From: Candidatus Lustribacter sp.
GTDB taxonomy: Bacteria > Vulcanimicrobiota > Vulcanimicrobiia > Vulcanimicrobiales > Vulcanimicrobiaceae
Assembly (NCBI GenBank): GCA_965277805.1
Contig: OZ255842.1
Location: 4,832,001-4,896,000, forward strand
Length of the DNA stretch: 64,000 nt
Direction of reading: 5' to 3'
The notes beneath the pieces were generated by a model. The model was not told where the DNA came from and did no database searches. It was given only the letters and a program-made list of their open reading frames with translations. Shown piece by piece: positions 20,960-31,841 of this stretch (position 1 is its first letter; the number at the start of each line of letters is the position of its first letter). Made by a program: the position numbers and the translations under genes.

Positions 20960-21500
20960 CAGCGCCGGATGGTCCACTAGGTTTGCCCCGGCGCTTCGCG
21001 GAGACCAGTACCCGGGCGGGGGTAGAGCTACCCGCCGCGAAGGCGACCCGTCCGTGAACTTTCCGGCCTACGTGCACTTGGTAACCGACAAGATTCGCGA
21101 GGTCATGCCTGACGTAGCCCGGGTCGCGCACGGGCGCTGCGTGACGTGGTCGCGCGGTTCGCAATCACTCACGGTCGACGCCTCCGACAGCAAGACGTGG
21201 TGGGTGAGGTTCGACCGCGCGCTCGTGTACGATGAACGCCAGAACGTCGAGAGCGCCATTGTGATGGCGCAAAACGCAGTTGCGCACTTCACTTAGCGCG
21301 TTCGACGGCGCGGCGTGCGCGACAATAGCCGCGGAATATCGTCTCGACCAACGAGGCGTCCTCGTCGAGGATGAGGCCATGCGGTGCCGAGCGTGCGGGT
21401 TCTCATCGCGCCTACCCGGCACCCCGGTTTCCGCGTGGCGCCGTCGCAGTCCGGAAATCGAGCCGCCGGTAGTCGAGCTGTGTGAGATCTGCAACGCCGC
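20955..21500 (+). repeat. Repeat module A, copy 1
   Basis: 21054-21500 near-identical to 33171-33617; upstream leader diverged but alignable. Confidence 0.9.
21054..21296 (+). CDS. 80-aa hypothetical protein (module A)
   Basis: Same length and frame in both copies; WWVRFDRALVYDER. Confidence 0.7.
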   Translation: MNFPAYVHLVTDKIREVMPDVARVAHGRCVTWSRGSQSLTVDASDSKTWWVRFDRALVYDERQNVESAIVMAQNAVAHFT

Positions 21501-21762
21501 AGCCGAAACGTGTAGCACGGCGGAGCGGAGTTTAACAGGGGGCCGAGTCCGGAAAGCGTGTTCTATGGACAACGAAGCAGCGGACTCGGCGAAAAGCCCC
21601 GAAGCTCCGAACGGCGACTCGAAGAAGCCTCGCCAGTCACCTTACGGCCAGTCCGAAAACTACGGCTCCCCCGGCGGCGACGAGCCACCGGCAAGCACGG
21701 ACCCTGGAAGCGGCGCCGCCGGCGACGCGCGCGAGCGCGGTGAAGGTCCGGCGCCGTCGTAG
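21379..21762 (+). CDS. CxxC...CxxC Zn-ribbon protein with disordered tail
   Basis: MRCRACG...LCEIC; GAGG upstream; N-part duplicated at 33496. Confidence 0.45.
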   Translation: MRCRACGFSSRLPGTPVSAWRRRSPEIEPPVVELCEICNAAAETCSTAERSLTGGRVRKACSMDNEAADSAKSPEAPNGDSKKPRQSPYGQSENYGSPGGDEPPASTDPGSGAAGDARERGEGPAPS

Positions 21763-22009
21763 GGTGGCGCCGGCTGACGCATCCGAGAACGCAATCTTAA
21801 CTGGCAGAATGAGCAGGGGGCGATGCCGCGATGGGCAGCGAGCGACGAGTTGACGACGTGGATAGCCTATCCTCTGCACAGGGGGCGGGAAGTTGGTAGT
21901 TTCGAAGAGGTCCGACGTCTACAATGCGGGACGCCACGCGACGTCTTGATACGCGTAGGCGCAATTATGAGGTGATTTGAAAGCGCCCACCAATGCGCTC
22001 GAGGGCTAG

Positions 22010-22306
22010 TTAGAGACTCTCGAGAAACGCCTGGCGCTCGGCTCGACTTTTTCGGTATTCCTCTAGTCGTTCGGGCGAAGATTCCGTTTCCGCTAAACGC
22101 TTCTCGAATTCTAGCCATTTCTTCAGCTTCGGGTGTGTGAGGCGGAAGGCGGAGACTTCTTTACCGCAGCCTGCAATCTCTCGCGACTGCTGTGCTGCCT
22201 TCTCCTGAGCCCGAATATACAGTTGTCCGTCCTCCGGCCCGTCCACTTCGACAAGGGTCGCGTAATCGCGGCTGCCGCCACGATCGGTAACAATGAAGAA
22301 AGGCAC
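22010..22306 (-). CDS. Hypothetical protein
   Basis: 98 aa ORF with GAGGAG RBS. Confidence 0.6.
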   Translation of the reverse strand: MPFFIVTDRGGSRDYATLVEVDGPEDGQLYIRAQEKAAQQSREIAGCGKEVSAFRLTHPKLKKWLEFEKRLAETESSPERLEEYRKSRAERQAFLESL

Positions 22307-22324
22307 AGCTTATGCTCCTCGTAG

Positions 22325-22530
22325 TGACGTGTAGCCAGGAGATAGGGCGCCATAGGCGGAGAGTTGGGGTGGTTTGCAGCTCGCGAACGAACTCCTCGGG
22401 ACTGCGTTTGCCGATTTACGTCTGCGGGCGAACTCCTTGCAGTTGCCCCGCGCGTCTTCCACGATCAATCGTGCAATCGTCCGCCAGTGATTGAACTCTT
22501 TCTCATTGAGGCATTGGTCTAGGAAGCGCC
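22325..22530 (-). mobile_element. IS3-family right-end remnant (degenerate)
   Basis: GRFLDQCLNEKEF...ARLIVED; end TGACGTGTAGCC matches the 24755-24766 end. Confidence 0.75.
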
Positions 22531-23140
22531 CCTGGGACGACGCGATGTAGGCACTCTGGGTCGGTGTGCCCGGTCGACGAAGGGCAGCGACCTCGGCGAT
22601 CGCCCCCTGAAGGACGGTACGGCGAGGCCCAGCAATGTGCCACACCGTGGCTCGTAAGTGGAATCCCTCAAGATCTCAAAAAGACGAACCAGAACCTTAC
22701 CTACTATTGGGCAAGGATCTAAGTGCGGATGAAATCGCCGACATCATTCATCATTCTGTCCGCTCTGATGTTGGTGAAGCAGATTGACGAAACGCTGAGG
22801 CATCAGTTGTCCATATTTCCATAGCCGGGATTTGCAGTTGTGCCCGCGTGTGAGTCGTCAAGCTCGCTAGCCGTTGGTCCCGAAGCCTGACGAAAAACCA
22901 AATCACCGCACATTCTGTGACATTTTTCAGACCCGCTGTACCTCATTCTCAGTGACTTTTACGAGAGCGTGTCAACGGCTTTGAAACCGTCCATCGTTGA
23001 GAACTTCATACTTTTTTGAGGTTCGTCATCGATTTGACGCTTTCGGTGAGCAAGATGACGTCGGAGCCACAAGAACGGGCTTCGGCGCTGAATGGGGAGA
23101 AGAGTTACAGCCAACAGCGATTCCCGAGGTACAGGTTTTG

Positions 23141-24148
23141 ATGGCAGACATCGGTGATCTCAAACCATATGCCTTAAGGCAAATCTGGCAATTCGAGGAT
23201 CGGCACTTTACAGTTTGGTTATCTGACAATCTCGATCGGCTCGGGAGCGCCCTAAGCATGTCTCTCGAATTTCGAGAACGGGAGAAGGCCGTAGGGCCAT
23301 TTTCACTCGACATTCTCGCACATGACACGATTCGGGACCGTCTTGTGATCATCGAGAACCAACTCGAAGCGACTAATCACGACCACCTCGGGAAGCTGCT
23401 GACCTACGCGGCTGGACTTGATGCCAAGTCAGTTATCTGGGTCGCTCCAACCTTTCGTGATCAGCACCGCGCAGTGATCGATTGGCTCAATGCCCATACC
23501 GATGAAAACGTTGACTTTTTTGCCGTCGTGTTAGAGGCAGTCCAAATCGACAACTCCCGCCCTGCAGTCAACTTTAAGGTGGTCGCATTCCCGAATTCAT
23601 GGCAGAAGACGCTTAGCGATCAGCGAGCCGATATTCAATCCGATAATCGCGGCATTTTTTTCTACCAGTTCAATGAAGCACTCCTTTTGGAACTGCGCAC
23701 CATAGGCGGATTTAAAACGCTTCCCGCACCCTCCGCTCGATACGAGATGATCGTTGAACGAACAAATTGGGGGGTGCGGTATGGCACCGCATTTTCGCGT
23801 GACACATTACGCGTTGCCGCATGGATCGTCTCTACCGACCAACAGGCAAACAAAGACCTCTTCGAAGCGTTGAAGCAGGAGCGCACAGATCTCGACGCAG
23901 CAATCGGCCAGGAAATTACTTGGAACTATAATCCTGATCGCCTAGGACAGATTCTCGAAATAAGTCGGCCAGCTATTTCGCGAGGAAACATTGCAGATCT
24001 TTCCTCGACGATCAAATGGGCTGCGCAGACGCTCGTCAGTATGAGGGCCGCAGTGGAGCCGCGCCTTACGTCAATTGCTTCCTCGCTCAATAGCGGATAC
24101 CAGGATAACGAAAGATTCGAACACCAACTCGATCAACGCGGAGGCTGA
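23141..24148 (+). CDS. DUF4268-domain protein with N-terminal NucS-like PD-(D/E)xK nuclease
   Basis: FTVWL...LDILA...IIENQLEATNHDHLGKLLTYAAG. Confidence 0.8.
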   Translation: MADIGDLKPYALRQIWQFEDRHFTVWLSDNLDRLGSALSMSLEFREREKAVGPFSLDILAHDTIRDRLVIIENQLEATNHDHLGKLLTYAAGLDAKSVIWVAPTFRDQHRAVIDWLNAHTDENVDFFAVVLEAVQIDNSRPAVNFKVVAFPNSWQKTLSDQRADIQSDNRGIFFYQFNEALLLELRTIGGFKTLPAPSARYEMIVERTNWGVRYGTAFSRDTLRVAAWIVSTDQQANKDLFEALKQERTDLDAAIGQEITWNYNPDRLGQILEISRPAISRGNIADLSSTIKWAAQTLVSMRAAVEPRLTSIASSLNSGYQDNERFEHQLDQRGG

Positions 24149-24541
24149 TGTGGACAACAATGCGGCGATCTAGGGCTGCCTCAAAAGGTTTCTTCCCTGA
24201 AGCGACCGGCGCCGCCGGCGCAACGCACCATGGTAAATTGGGCCAAAGCGTTGCTACGCGATTATGAGCTAGCCGTAACCCGGGGTGGGCGACCCACCGG
24301 CATTGAACGCCCGCGCGCGAATCACGTGGCCGTCTCGCAGCAGACCCGTCGAAAATAAGCGCCGAGCCCGTTGACCCGAGCGGCGAGGCACGGAGGAGCG
24401 GGTACCGGGCTACATTCTGTCGACGCTGCTGTTGATAAACCAGATTGAGCGTTTAGACCGTGAGGCTTCGGGACCTACGAGCCGCCGCTTCAGTGTGCAT
24501 AAATAGTTCGTGTATCGTTTCGGTGTGCATTCGCCCAGACA

Positions 24542-24766
24542 ATGCGAAAGCGGTTTAACGGCCGGTTTCGAGATGAATGCCTCAACGAGAACGAGTTTCG
24601 ATCCCTGGCGCATGCACGGCTGATCATCGAAGACTGGAGGCGCGACTACAACGAATTCCGCCCGCACAAGTCGCTCGGCAACCGAACTCCCGAGGACTTC
24701 GTCCAGCGAGCTGCAAACCACCCCAACGGTCTACCTATCCGCGGCATAACTCAGGGCTACACGTCA
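24542..24766 (+). mobile_element. IS3-family transposase 3' remnant with right IR
   Basis: FNGRFRDECLNE...WRRDYNEFRPHKSLG; ends GGCTACACGTCA. Confidence 0.85.
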
Positions 24767-24908
24767 CTGTGGTTATTGCGTCGGCGCGTTTGCGGCAGGC
24801 GGATTCTCGAGAGCGCGTCCGCCGACATGATGACGAAAAACACGACACACAGAAGGCGAGCTTCCTTGGCTTCCATGATCGATAACCGGAGATTAACAGC
24901 CGCGTCGT

Positions 24909-25370
24909 TCATTTCTTGACTTCGCCAACGTCGTCACACGATCTAGTGGGCTTGTCTTGCGTGCAGTCAAAAAAGAACGCCGGATGTACCGACATGCGAT
25001 CGGGATGGTTGGCATAAAAATCATCAACGGCGTGCATGTAGGTGCCGAATGTTTTTGAGTACACCGGACTTGATCCGCTTGACGTAAAAATCGCTGAGAC
25101 AAGAGAGCTCTTCTGCGCCGCTGTCAGGCCACTCATACCATTTACTTTCTTGATCAGCGCAACCTGAAGGCGCAATTCTGCCGATTATGACGCAACTGGC
25201 AGGACATCGGACAGGACTACAACGACCGCTAGCTTCGACTCATCGCTGAGACCTTTCCACCACTGTCCATCCGCATCGAGGGTTTGGGTCGCTTGCGACT
25301 GCAATGCGAAGAGAAGAACGAAGGACGCGAAGGCCACCGCAGTCAGCGACTTTCTGGTAAATTTGATCAT
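24909..25370 (-). pseudogene. Secreted protein with one in-frame stop; paralogue of 37371..37817
   Basis: The two ORFs share a frame, interrupted by TAA at 25187-25185; DGQWW..L....K and KTFGT motifs. Confidence 0.7.
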
Positions 25371-25460
25371 TGCCCGTTCCTCGTGTCGCGATCGCCCGCG
25401 GCGTCGGCCTCTTTCTTGCACACGAAGGCGCCGTGCTTCGTGCGAGCGTACCAGCGCACG
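25367..25460 (-). pseudogene. Module B gene, 3' remnant
   Basis: RWYARTKHGAFVCKKEADAAGDRDTRNGQ*. Confidence 0.8.
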
Positions 25461-25611
25461 TTGCCAGCATTCTAAAGACTTCCCGCGCGTAGCTGCCCCG
25501 AGTCGAATTTTCAGCGGCTGAGCCCCGTGGCGCGAGCCGGCAGTATGATTAAACGGGCGTGGCGCGTACCTTTAAGGCGCGTCGCGATATTGAACTCGGG
25601 TGACCTGGAGG

Positions 25612-26469
25612 CTAGTTCTTCCCCGCATTCAGGTGTTCGAAAACGGCTGCGAGAAGACCGAATGCGGTTCCGATAAAAGCAAACAGTGATGCGATCGGTC
25701 CAAACAAATCAGCCCGAGCTTCCGCGCGAAGCAAAAACCAGGTCAGCGGTCTTCTTGTGAAACGGCGGGTCAGCATGAGCGCATAACTTAACGCGAACAT
25801 AAAGAAGAGAGTGTACGTTGTCAGCGACGGGCCGATGACCGCCAGGAAGCCGATAAACCGATTGGCTTGGTGAATAAACGGCGCTAGAAACGGCAGTGCC
25901 GCGGGAATAGCAAGAGCAATCAATGCCGAGGTGAAGATAGAGTCTCCGCGGTTAGCGAGGCTCACGAGCGCGAGACCAGGGATAGCTGCCACAATGTAAA
26001 GTGAAACACATGAAAGCATCAGTTGGGCCCTACGAGCCGACACAGCACGTCGGATTATGTAGCGTGAGAGAATGCCTAACAAAACGTCTATTACACATCC
26101 GATTAGGATGTACAAGGAGAAGGTAGCAACGGCCGTCAGTTTCGCGTCGAGATTCGCATGATACCATTGAGCTGAGAGCACGCGCGATGCAGTCGCTCCG
26201 CCGAGTATTAGGAGGGTCAGAAATGCCGGGATAGCGCCGAGTAAAAGTGCTCGGCGAGAAATGAGACGTTTCCCCAATATTGAGGTGAGGAATGCGTCGC
26301 AGAAGCGGAAAGTCGTTAACGGGATCGAGCCCCAATCTCCCAGGTCAACTTTCAAGTACCAATCCTCCAAGCGCTTGCGCAAAGGTTCACGGTCGTTCGG
26401 GCGCAGAGAAAAGTTGAGGATCTGGCAGATACCGCTTAGAACGAAGAACGCAACGCTTATTGCGAACAC
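25612..26469 (-). CDS. Multi-pass membrane protein
   Basis: Several hydrophobic helices. Confidence 0.65.
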   Translation of the reverse strand: MFAISVAFFVLSGICQILNFSLRPNDREPLRKRLEDWYLKVDLGDWGSIPLTTFRFCDAFLTSILGKRLISRRALLLGAIPAFLTLLILGGATASRVLSAQWYHANLDAKLTAVATFSLYILIGCVIDVLLGILSRYIIRRAVSARRAQLMLSCVSLYIVAAIPGLALVSLANRGDSIFTSALIALAIPAALPFLAPFIHQANRFIGFLAVIGPSLTTYTLFFMFALSYALMLTRRFTRRPLTWFLLRAEARADLFGPIASLFAFIGTAFGLLAAVFEHLNAGKN

Positions 26470-26568
26470 TGTACAGAACGCCCTCCGATGACGCGGGGAG
26501 CGAAAGTTTCGTTCTCTCGAGGGCGCTTTCCCTAGCGCTAATCCGAGCGCGGGGCGATGTGCCGCTCG

Positions 26569-26985
26569 TCAAAAAGCGCGCCAAATGTTCGCGCGAATAT
26601 CAAGGTCGGTTGTATGAAACACTGCCATCAACACGAGACGCAATCTCATGCCGAGCGACGTTCCGTCGAGTGTGTTGCGTTTGGCTGCATCCGCTTCCGA
26701 GCGACCAGAAGCCGGCATTAAACCGCAAAGCTCTTTGATCGCCATGTCATCGACCCGATAATCGATGAAGTGAGAAATGGCGTTGCGGATATTGCAGAAC
26801 CTCTCTAGCAGCGGTCCGAGTTCTGCAGAGACGGCACCATATTCCAGCGAAAGAGTAATTAGGCGCCCGAGCGTCGCTCCCCGTCCCCTGGGCCGGCGGA
26901 CCCTGGCGCCGTGGATCAACCCGCATCGGCGGATATAACCTCGAACAAAGGCATGCGAGAATTGCTGACATTTTTCGACCACCAC
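26569..26985 (-). CDS. HEPN/MtlR-like protein, possibly degenerate
   Basis: IRNAISH Rx4H motif. Confidence 0.4.
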   Translation of the reverse strand: MVVEKCQQFSHAFVRGYIRRCGLIHGARVRRPRGRGATLGRLITLSLEYGAVSAELGPLLERFCNIRNAISHFIDYRVDDMAIKELCGLMPASGRSEADAAKRNTLDGTSLGMRLRLVLMAVFHTTDLDIRANIWRAF

Positions 26986-27175
26986 GCCCAGGGCAAACCG
27001 TCCGAACGCTGAAGCGCTTTAAGATATAATCGCCGCGAAACTTCCAGGCGCTTTGAAGCGTCCTTCGCCAACGCAACAAGACAGAAACAATCACTTCTTC
27101 GTCTCGCCATCTCAGATGATGGCGAGGTCCACCGTGCCACTTAGCCGCCTCAGCGCTACGCTTAGAAAGTGATGC

Positions 27176-27904
27176 CTAAAATATCTCTCGTTGCCATCCC
27201 GCAATCATGGCATCCGACGCATTCGCCCAGCCGAACTGTCGGAAGATCGATTGAATAGCTTTAATTGCAAGCTCGAAGGGCTTTGCGACTAAAACGTCCA
27301 GTTCGACAACTTGGGCAACTTCTTGCTTGTCAGTCGCCGTAGTGTAGAGACCGCTCAGACGTATGCCGGGATCCGTCGAGCCAATCGCCCATCCTCGCGT
27401 CCCGCGCAGTCCTACCGTGATCTCTACTGCGCTCTCGTAGGGAATGGCCTGTGCAAGTCGCGCCGCAAACTCGAAAGTCTCCGTAATTGAATATATTAAG
27501 CTGACAAAGCTCACGAACCCACGGATCGCGTCAATCGCGCCTTCGCCTTGCCGCCAGGGGCGCACGCTCTTGCGCATGTTGGCCTGCACTTCCGTATCGC
27601 CATCCTCCAATAATTTTGCGCGAAACAGAAATTGGCCGTTACGATATAGGCGCCATTCTTCGGGATGATCGCCAATTAGAGCACTACCGGACTTCGATTC
27701 GCAATACAACTCCCTTGGGCCGATCGTTAAGGGTCGCTGACGCTCGATGTGCGGAAAATACCAACCGCGCGCCTGGACTTGCGCAGTCGAAAGCAGGTCA
27801 TCATAGCGGCGGACGTCGATCAGTTCTTCGTTCAGCCGGAGAGGCACGATCGTCAGCACATAGCGGGCACTGGAATCTATTGACGCGCCTATTTCGTCAG
27901 TCAT
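27176..27904 (-). CDS. Partner of the AlbA_2 protein
   Basis: TAATG coupling; VQARGWYFPH, EEWRLYRNGQF. Confidence 0.7.
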   Translation of the reverse strand: MTDEIGASIDSSARYVLTIVPLRLNEELIDVRRYDDLLSTAQVQARGWYFPHIERQRPLTIGPRELYCESKSGSALIGDHPEEWRLYRNGQFLFRAKLLEDGDTEVQANMRKSVRPWRQGEGAIDAIRGFVSFVSLIYSITETFEFAARLAQAIPYESAVEITVGLRGTRGWAIGSTDPGIRLSGLYTTATDKQEVAQVVELDVLVAKPFELAIKAIQSIFRQFGWANASDAMIAGWQREIF

Positions 27905-28587
27905 TATTCAAAATCCGCGCTGAACTCGCGGCGTTGCCCGCGCATAATCTCGGCCGCATCATCTGGAAGCCGTAGGCCGATTCGTTGAGCCGTTGTAATG
28001 ATCTCTCTTGCCCGCTTCTCGGCGGCAATCTCGATAATTTCCGCGACGAGCGTCGCGTCATGGATCTTCGTCGTCGATATTCTATCTCTTGTCCGAGCAG
28101 GAATATCCCCGATACTTAGGCCGTCCTTCCCTGATTCATTAGGCGTCGCATTTCCGCAGAAGATGAAGGTGCGGTCGAACGGCTCAACTTCAATTGCAAC
28201 GAAAGTCTTGCCCTCATGTTCAATGTGTCGAACCTTCAGCTGGACCGGCGGGCGCGCGTACCGATTGACGAGGAGCTGAACATCGTCTTGTGTATATTCG
28301 GCCGCAACCGGCTGGCTAACGCCGTCCGGAAACCAACGGCCCTCACGTTCAGCCATCCCAATGAGAATCCGACCTCCATCTCGGAGGTTCGCCATCGCCA
28401 TACAAGTCTTGGCAAGCTTCCAACGAAGCTTGCTATACGTTTCCCCCGACTTGAATTCGTTGTTACGGGTTTCAACCGCCGCCTTAATCGCTTCAAGCGA
28501 CAGGTCTAAATCTTGGTCCACGATACCCCACTCGGCCAGGATGGTTCCCGGTATTAGCTTGGCTGACGTTGCTTTCGCAAAACGCAT
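27904..28587 (-). CDS. AlbA_2/Schlafen-domain protein
   Basis: ETRNNEFKS, AMANLRDGGRILIG. Confidence 0.85.
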   Translation of the reverse strand: MRFAKATSAKLIPGTILAEWGIVDQDLDLSLEAIKAAVETRNNEFKSGETYSKLRWKLAKTCMAMANLRDGGRILIGMAEREGRWFPDGVSQPVAAEYTQDDVQLLVNRYARPPVQLKVRHIEHEGKTFVAIEVEPFDRTFIFCGNATPNESGKDGLSIGDIPARTRDRISTTKIHDATLVAEIIEIAAEKRAREIITTAQRIGLRLPDDAAEIMRGQRREFSADFE

Positions 28588-28778
28588 CTACCATCTTTCA
28601 TCCTTGTACCTGGAAATGTCTTGACCGTTCTCAAACGGGTCAATTTTTCGCTTTCCAAGGACGCGGTATTTGATTCCGCAGATCGGCTGGATCGGATCTC
28701 CAGAGTCTGGCGGCAGCTGAAGCATTACATCGGCCGCAGTTTTTGCCAAGGGAGCGACAAATTTGCTTCGACTAGCGC

Positions 28779-29451
28779 TTGAAGTTGCACGTTCGACGCA
28801 AGTTCAATAGGCGCCGAAACCTCGAGACCCGGATAGAGGACCTCGACGTCAAACCAGCTTTCTGCAGACCGGTCGTCGCAATTCTGTTGGGCGGACTGGA
28901 CGTAAACGACATGACTAAGGTTCCGCGACAGGATTTCCAAAACGTCATCGTCGCCGACGAAGCTGGGTTTCATAAACTGGTGATGGAGCAAAACATCGCC
29001 GCAGGCGGTCCTATGTCCGACGCCCGTTTAGAAAGGCAATTTAGCTTGGTATGGCCGGACCTTGCGGCTGCTCTCGACGAGTGCGCGGCGATCCCCCGCC
29101 GAAGTTTCGAAAAAGGCTCTTGCGCCAAATGAGATTCTTGAGGAAATACTACAACGGGTTCGAGAAATCGAGCGCGGGATGGCTGACTCCAGGCAAACGT
29201 CGGCGATAAAATTGCAGTCCGGGATAGGCACTGGCGTATCGGAACCGCCGCTCGTCCTCACGGCCAGGTTGCTGGATCTTGTGGAGCGCGATCTGCTGGA
29301 AAATACTGACGATGCGACACGTATACTTCGTTGGAAATGGCTCCTAGCGGACGGAGACAGTCGGAATCAAAAAGGAGCGATCTCAAAAAAGAAACAGCCA
29401 ACAATCCGCCGGCTTAAAGTTCGACAAGACGCTCCGCGAGAAAATCATTGA
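28779..29451 (+). pseudogene. Degenerate TIR-domain gene (C-terminal half, frameshifted)
   Basis: PVVAILL..LDVND...P.QDFQ...FHKLV...LERQFSLVWPDL, then EILEEILQRVR in another frame. Confidence 0.45.
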
Positions 29452-29929
29452 GTGCCTTTTTCGGGATGCACCTCTCGAATCGAAGATTTGATCAGAAGAA
29501 CGAGTAGGAAAATTCTCGCAGAACGCTCGACGAGATCGGTCAGCGCCTGACGACCTTCGATTAACGCCGAAGTACTTTCCGTAGGCTGGCACTTTCGAGA
29601 CCGCATCCCATGCTCGCGCGCGGCTAAGGTTTTGGCCGTGCTCGCAATAGGCTATTCGCGCGCGCGGTCCAAGGGGCGTTGCGGATCGCATTCACGTAAA
29701 TGCTAGATGAAATGGCTACACGCGTGCGGAGCTGCCTGTGGGAAATCAGGATCATCCGATATTACGAACGTGCCCTGCTGGTAGATCCGATTAAATGCCG
29801 GGTACGAGAGTACTCCTTAAGATGAGGACGACCTGGAAGCCCCCGTTGGCAACGACGGGGGCTTCTGGATTCCCCAGCTATTATTTCGACATTCGCAGGT
29901 TTGGGCATGAAAACGGGTACACGGCCGAC

Positions 29930-30103
29930 ATGAACTTACAAGAGCCCGCGATTGAAATGGAAGATCCTTACGCTTCGCAGGACGATCCGGACGTTGGCCC
30001 CTCGCCAAACGTCGATCCAATCGGAGATAACGGCGACGACGATGATGACAACGAGGACGATGACGAGGACGGGGATGGCGACGACGACGAGGCCGTCGCG
30101 TAA
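29930..30103 (+). CDS. Extremely acidic 57-aa peptide
   Basis: 25 D/E and no K/R by manual count. Confidence 0.5.
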   Translation: MNLQEPAIEMEDPYASQDDPDVGPSPNVDPIGDNGDDDDDNEDDDEDGDGDDDEAVA

Positions 30104-30335
30104 AGGTAGCGCGCGTTAGAGCGGAAGACTGCGATGTCTACTGTACCCGAAGATGCAAGTCCATCCGGGCCTCGACGGCAAATAGATTGCTTGGTTTTTG
30201 CTCTTTCAACCGCGCTTAAGCTGATGCGGAGTCCTGAATCATCTAGACGCGCAATCCCGTGTGTCGCACTAGAAGCTGAAATTCTCCAAGCGTTCGTGCT
30301 CCTCTACGTCCGCCGAAACTGAGTTCACAGTCGCC

Positions 30336-30578
30336 ATGCAACGCGTTCCTCAGAGCACCAAGTATTTTGCCAAGGTACTCGCCTGGCGAAAGCTCGACAA
30401 TGGCCCGCTTTGGGAAATGGCCACAACGTGCGCAGAAAAATTGGGCCACAGACACGGCTCGCAGGCTGAAGCGGAATCCTGCGGCCCGCCAGGCACTGTG
30501 ATCGAGTACGACTTGGGCGATAGAGGCGCTGTTCGAAGCTACGGCCCCTTACTACGCAAAGACTTACCGCCGAGCTGA
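30336..30578 (+). CDS. Small hypothetical protein
   Basis: 80 aa ORF with C...GHRH...AESC motif. Confidence 0.45.
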   Translation: MQRVPQSTKYFAKVLAWRKLDNGPLWEMATTCAEKLGHRHGSQAEAESCGPPGTVIEYDLGDRGAVRSYGPLLRKDLPPS

Positions 30579-30591
30579 TCCCAGCCTAACA

Positions 30592-30753
30592 GATGATGCA
30601 AATGAATACTTGCGTGCCGCGGATGCTGAGGCGCTACGCCGCGCGGGTAATATGCTTCGGACGCATCAACGTGCTCTGATAGAACTGGCATTCTTTGACG
30701 GACACACGCACGACGAGATCGCCAACAAGTGGCTTTACCAGTACGCTCTGTAA
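30592..30753 (+). pseudogene. ECF sigma factor region-4 fragment
   Basis: Manual translation QRALIELAFFDGHTHDEIA; not in ORF track. Confidence 0.65.
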
Positions 30754-30763
30754 CTGGAAATTA

Positions 30764-31592
30764 TCATGAGCGCGGCTGCTTAAATAGATTGCTGGCTCCG
30801 GCTATTCGTCCACGCGCGGCCGCAACGCGCTCATCAGTTTCTGGAAGCGGTAGCGATGAGCCGGTAAATCCCGTCAAGCCGTAATCGGGCTCGGTGGTCA
30901 GCGTCAGCTCCGTGAAGCTGCCGTCTGGACAGAAGCGCCGATTACCGATACGTTTGCGGAGTAGGCTGCTCGTGCTTCTTGCCATGCGTCGAAAAAGGCG
31001 TAGTAGAAGTGCAGGGCTCCGTTGAGGCGCGGAACGAGATCGGTGTTAATGGGAACGCTTGGCGTTAGAAAGCCGTTAATAAGCACCGGCTTCCGCGGAC
31101 GATGTTGAACCGATCAGCGTGCAGTTGGTAGTTGGCGTGTACGAACGCGTTGCGAATCTGATTCGAGTAGAAGACGAATAGTGTCCCCACCTCCTCCAGT
31201 TCAAGTCGTCGCGCCCAGGCCCTGATCTTGTCGATTTTTTGCACTGGGTAAGGTAGCGCGTCGCCGCTCTTGGTCACAAAAGGTAACATCGAATACCGGT
31301 CGCCGCGGCAGACACGCAACATGTTTCCCACGATGTGATAGCCGATGTCCATCTCGATGATGTGCGTATAGACGAGGAGCCCGAGGCGCAGTTTCGTGTA
31401 GATGTCGGCTAGTGGCTCTTGCAACGCCATCAGATCGCGCACCAGCACTTGACTCTCGCTCTCGGCAAACCAGCCAGGTCCTTTGAGGCCCGTTATGTTG
31501 ACTAGGGTCGAAGCGTACTCAAATTCGTCGACTGCGCGCGCCCGTGCAAATAACGTCTCGAGGACCGCCTGAGCTTTAATACGACTTAGCAC
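30764..31592 (-). pseudogene. HEPN-motif gene broken by frameshifts
   Basis: IRNAFVH; three successive overlapping ORFs 31065..31592, 30904..31086, 30764..30985. Confidence 0.55.
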
Positions 31593-31598
31593 GATGCG

Positions 31599-31841
31599 TC
31601 ATTGGCCATTCCTCGTATCGCGATCGCCGGCGGCGTCGGCCTCTTTCCTGCACACGTAGGTTGGTGTGTTCAGCCAGAGCACGACGTCGCGGGGACAATG
31701 CCTCTGCGCGGCCGCCTCGCTGTCGAACATCGCAGTCGCGGCTGCCACTATGACTGTCGAGGGCAGCGTTGCGGCCGCGGCTAGCCCGAGGCCGCTCGGC
31801 ACGGCAAGAGCAGCGGACGCGAAAAAGGCTCGGATCTGCAT
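31599..31841 (-). CDS. Module B secreted protein with 18-aa internal deletion
   Basis: GGGAGG RBS; lacks GVYHERGMRWYGRTKHGA of the 36630 copy. Confidence 0.75.
   Translation of the reverse strand: MQIRAFFASAALAVPSGLGLAAAATLPSTVIVAAATAMFDSEAAAQRHCPRDVVLWLNTPTYVCRKEADAAGDRDTRNGQ

Noticed and set aside
24490-24515. Possible IS256-like terminal repeat (CAGTGTGCATAAATAGTTCGTGTA)
   Set aside because: No partner end or transposase found
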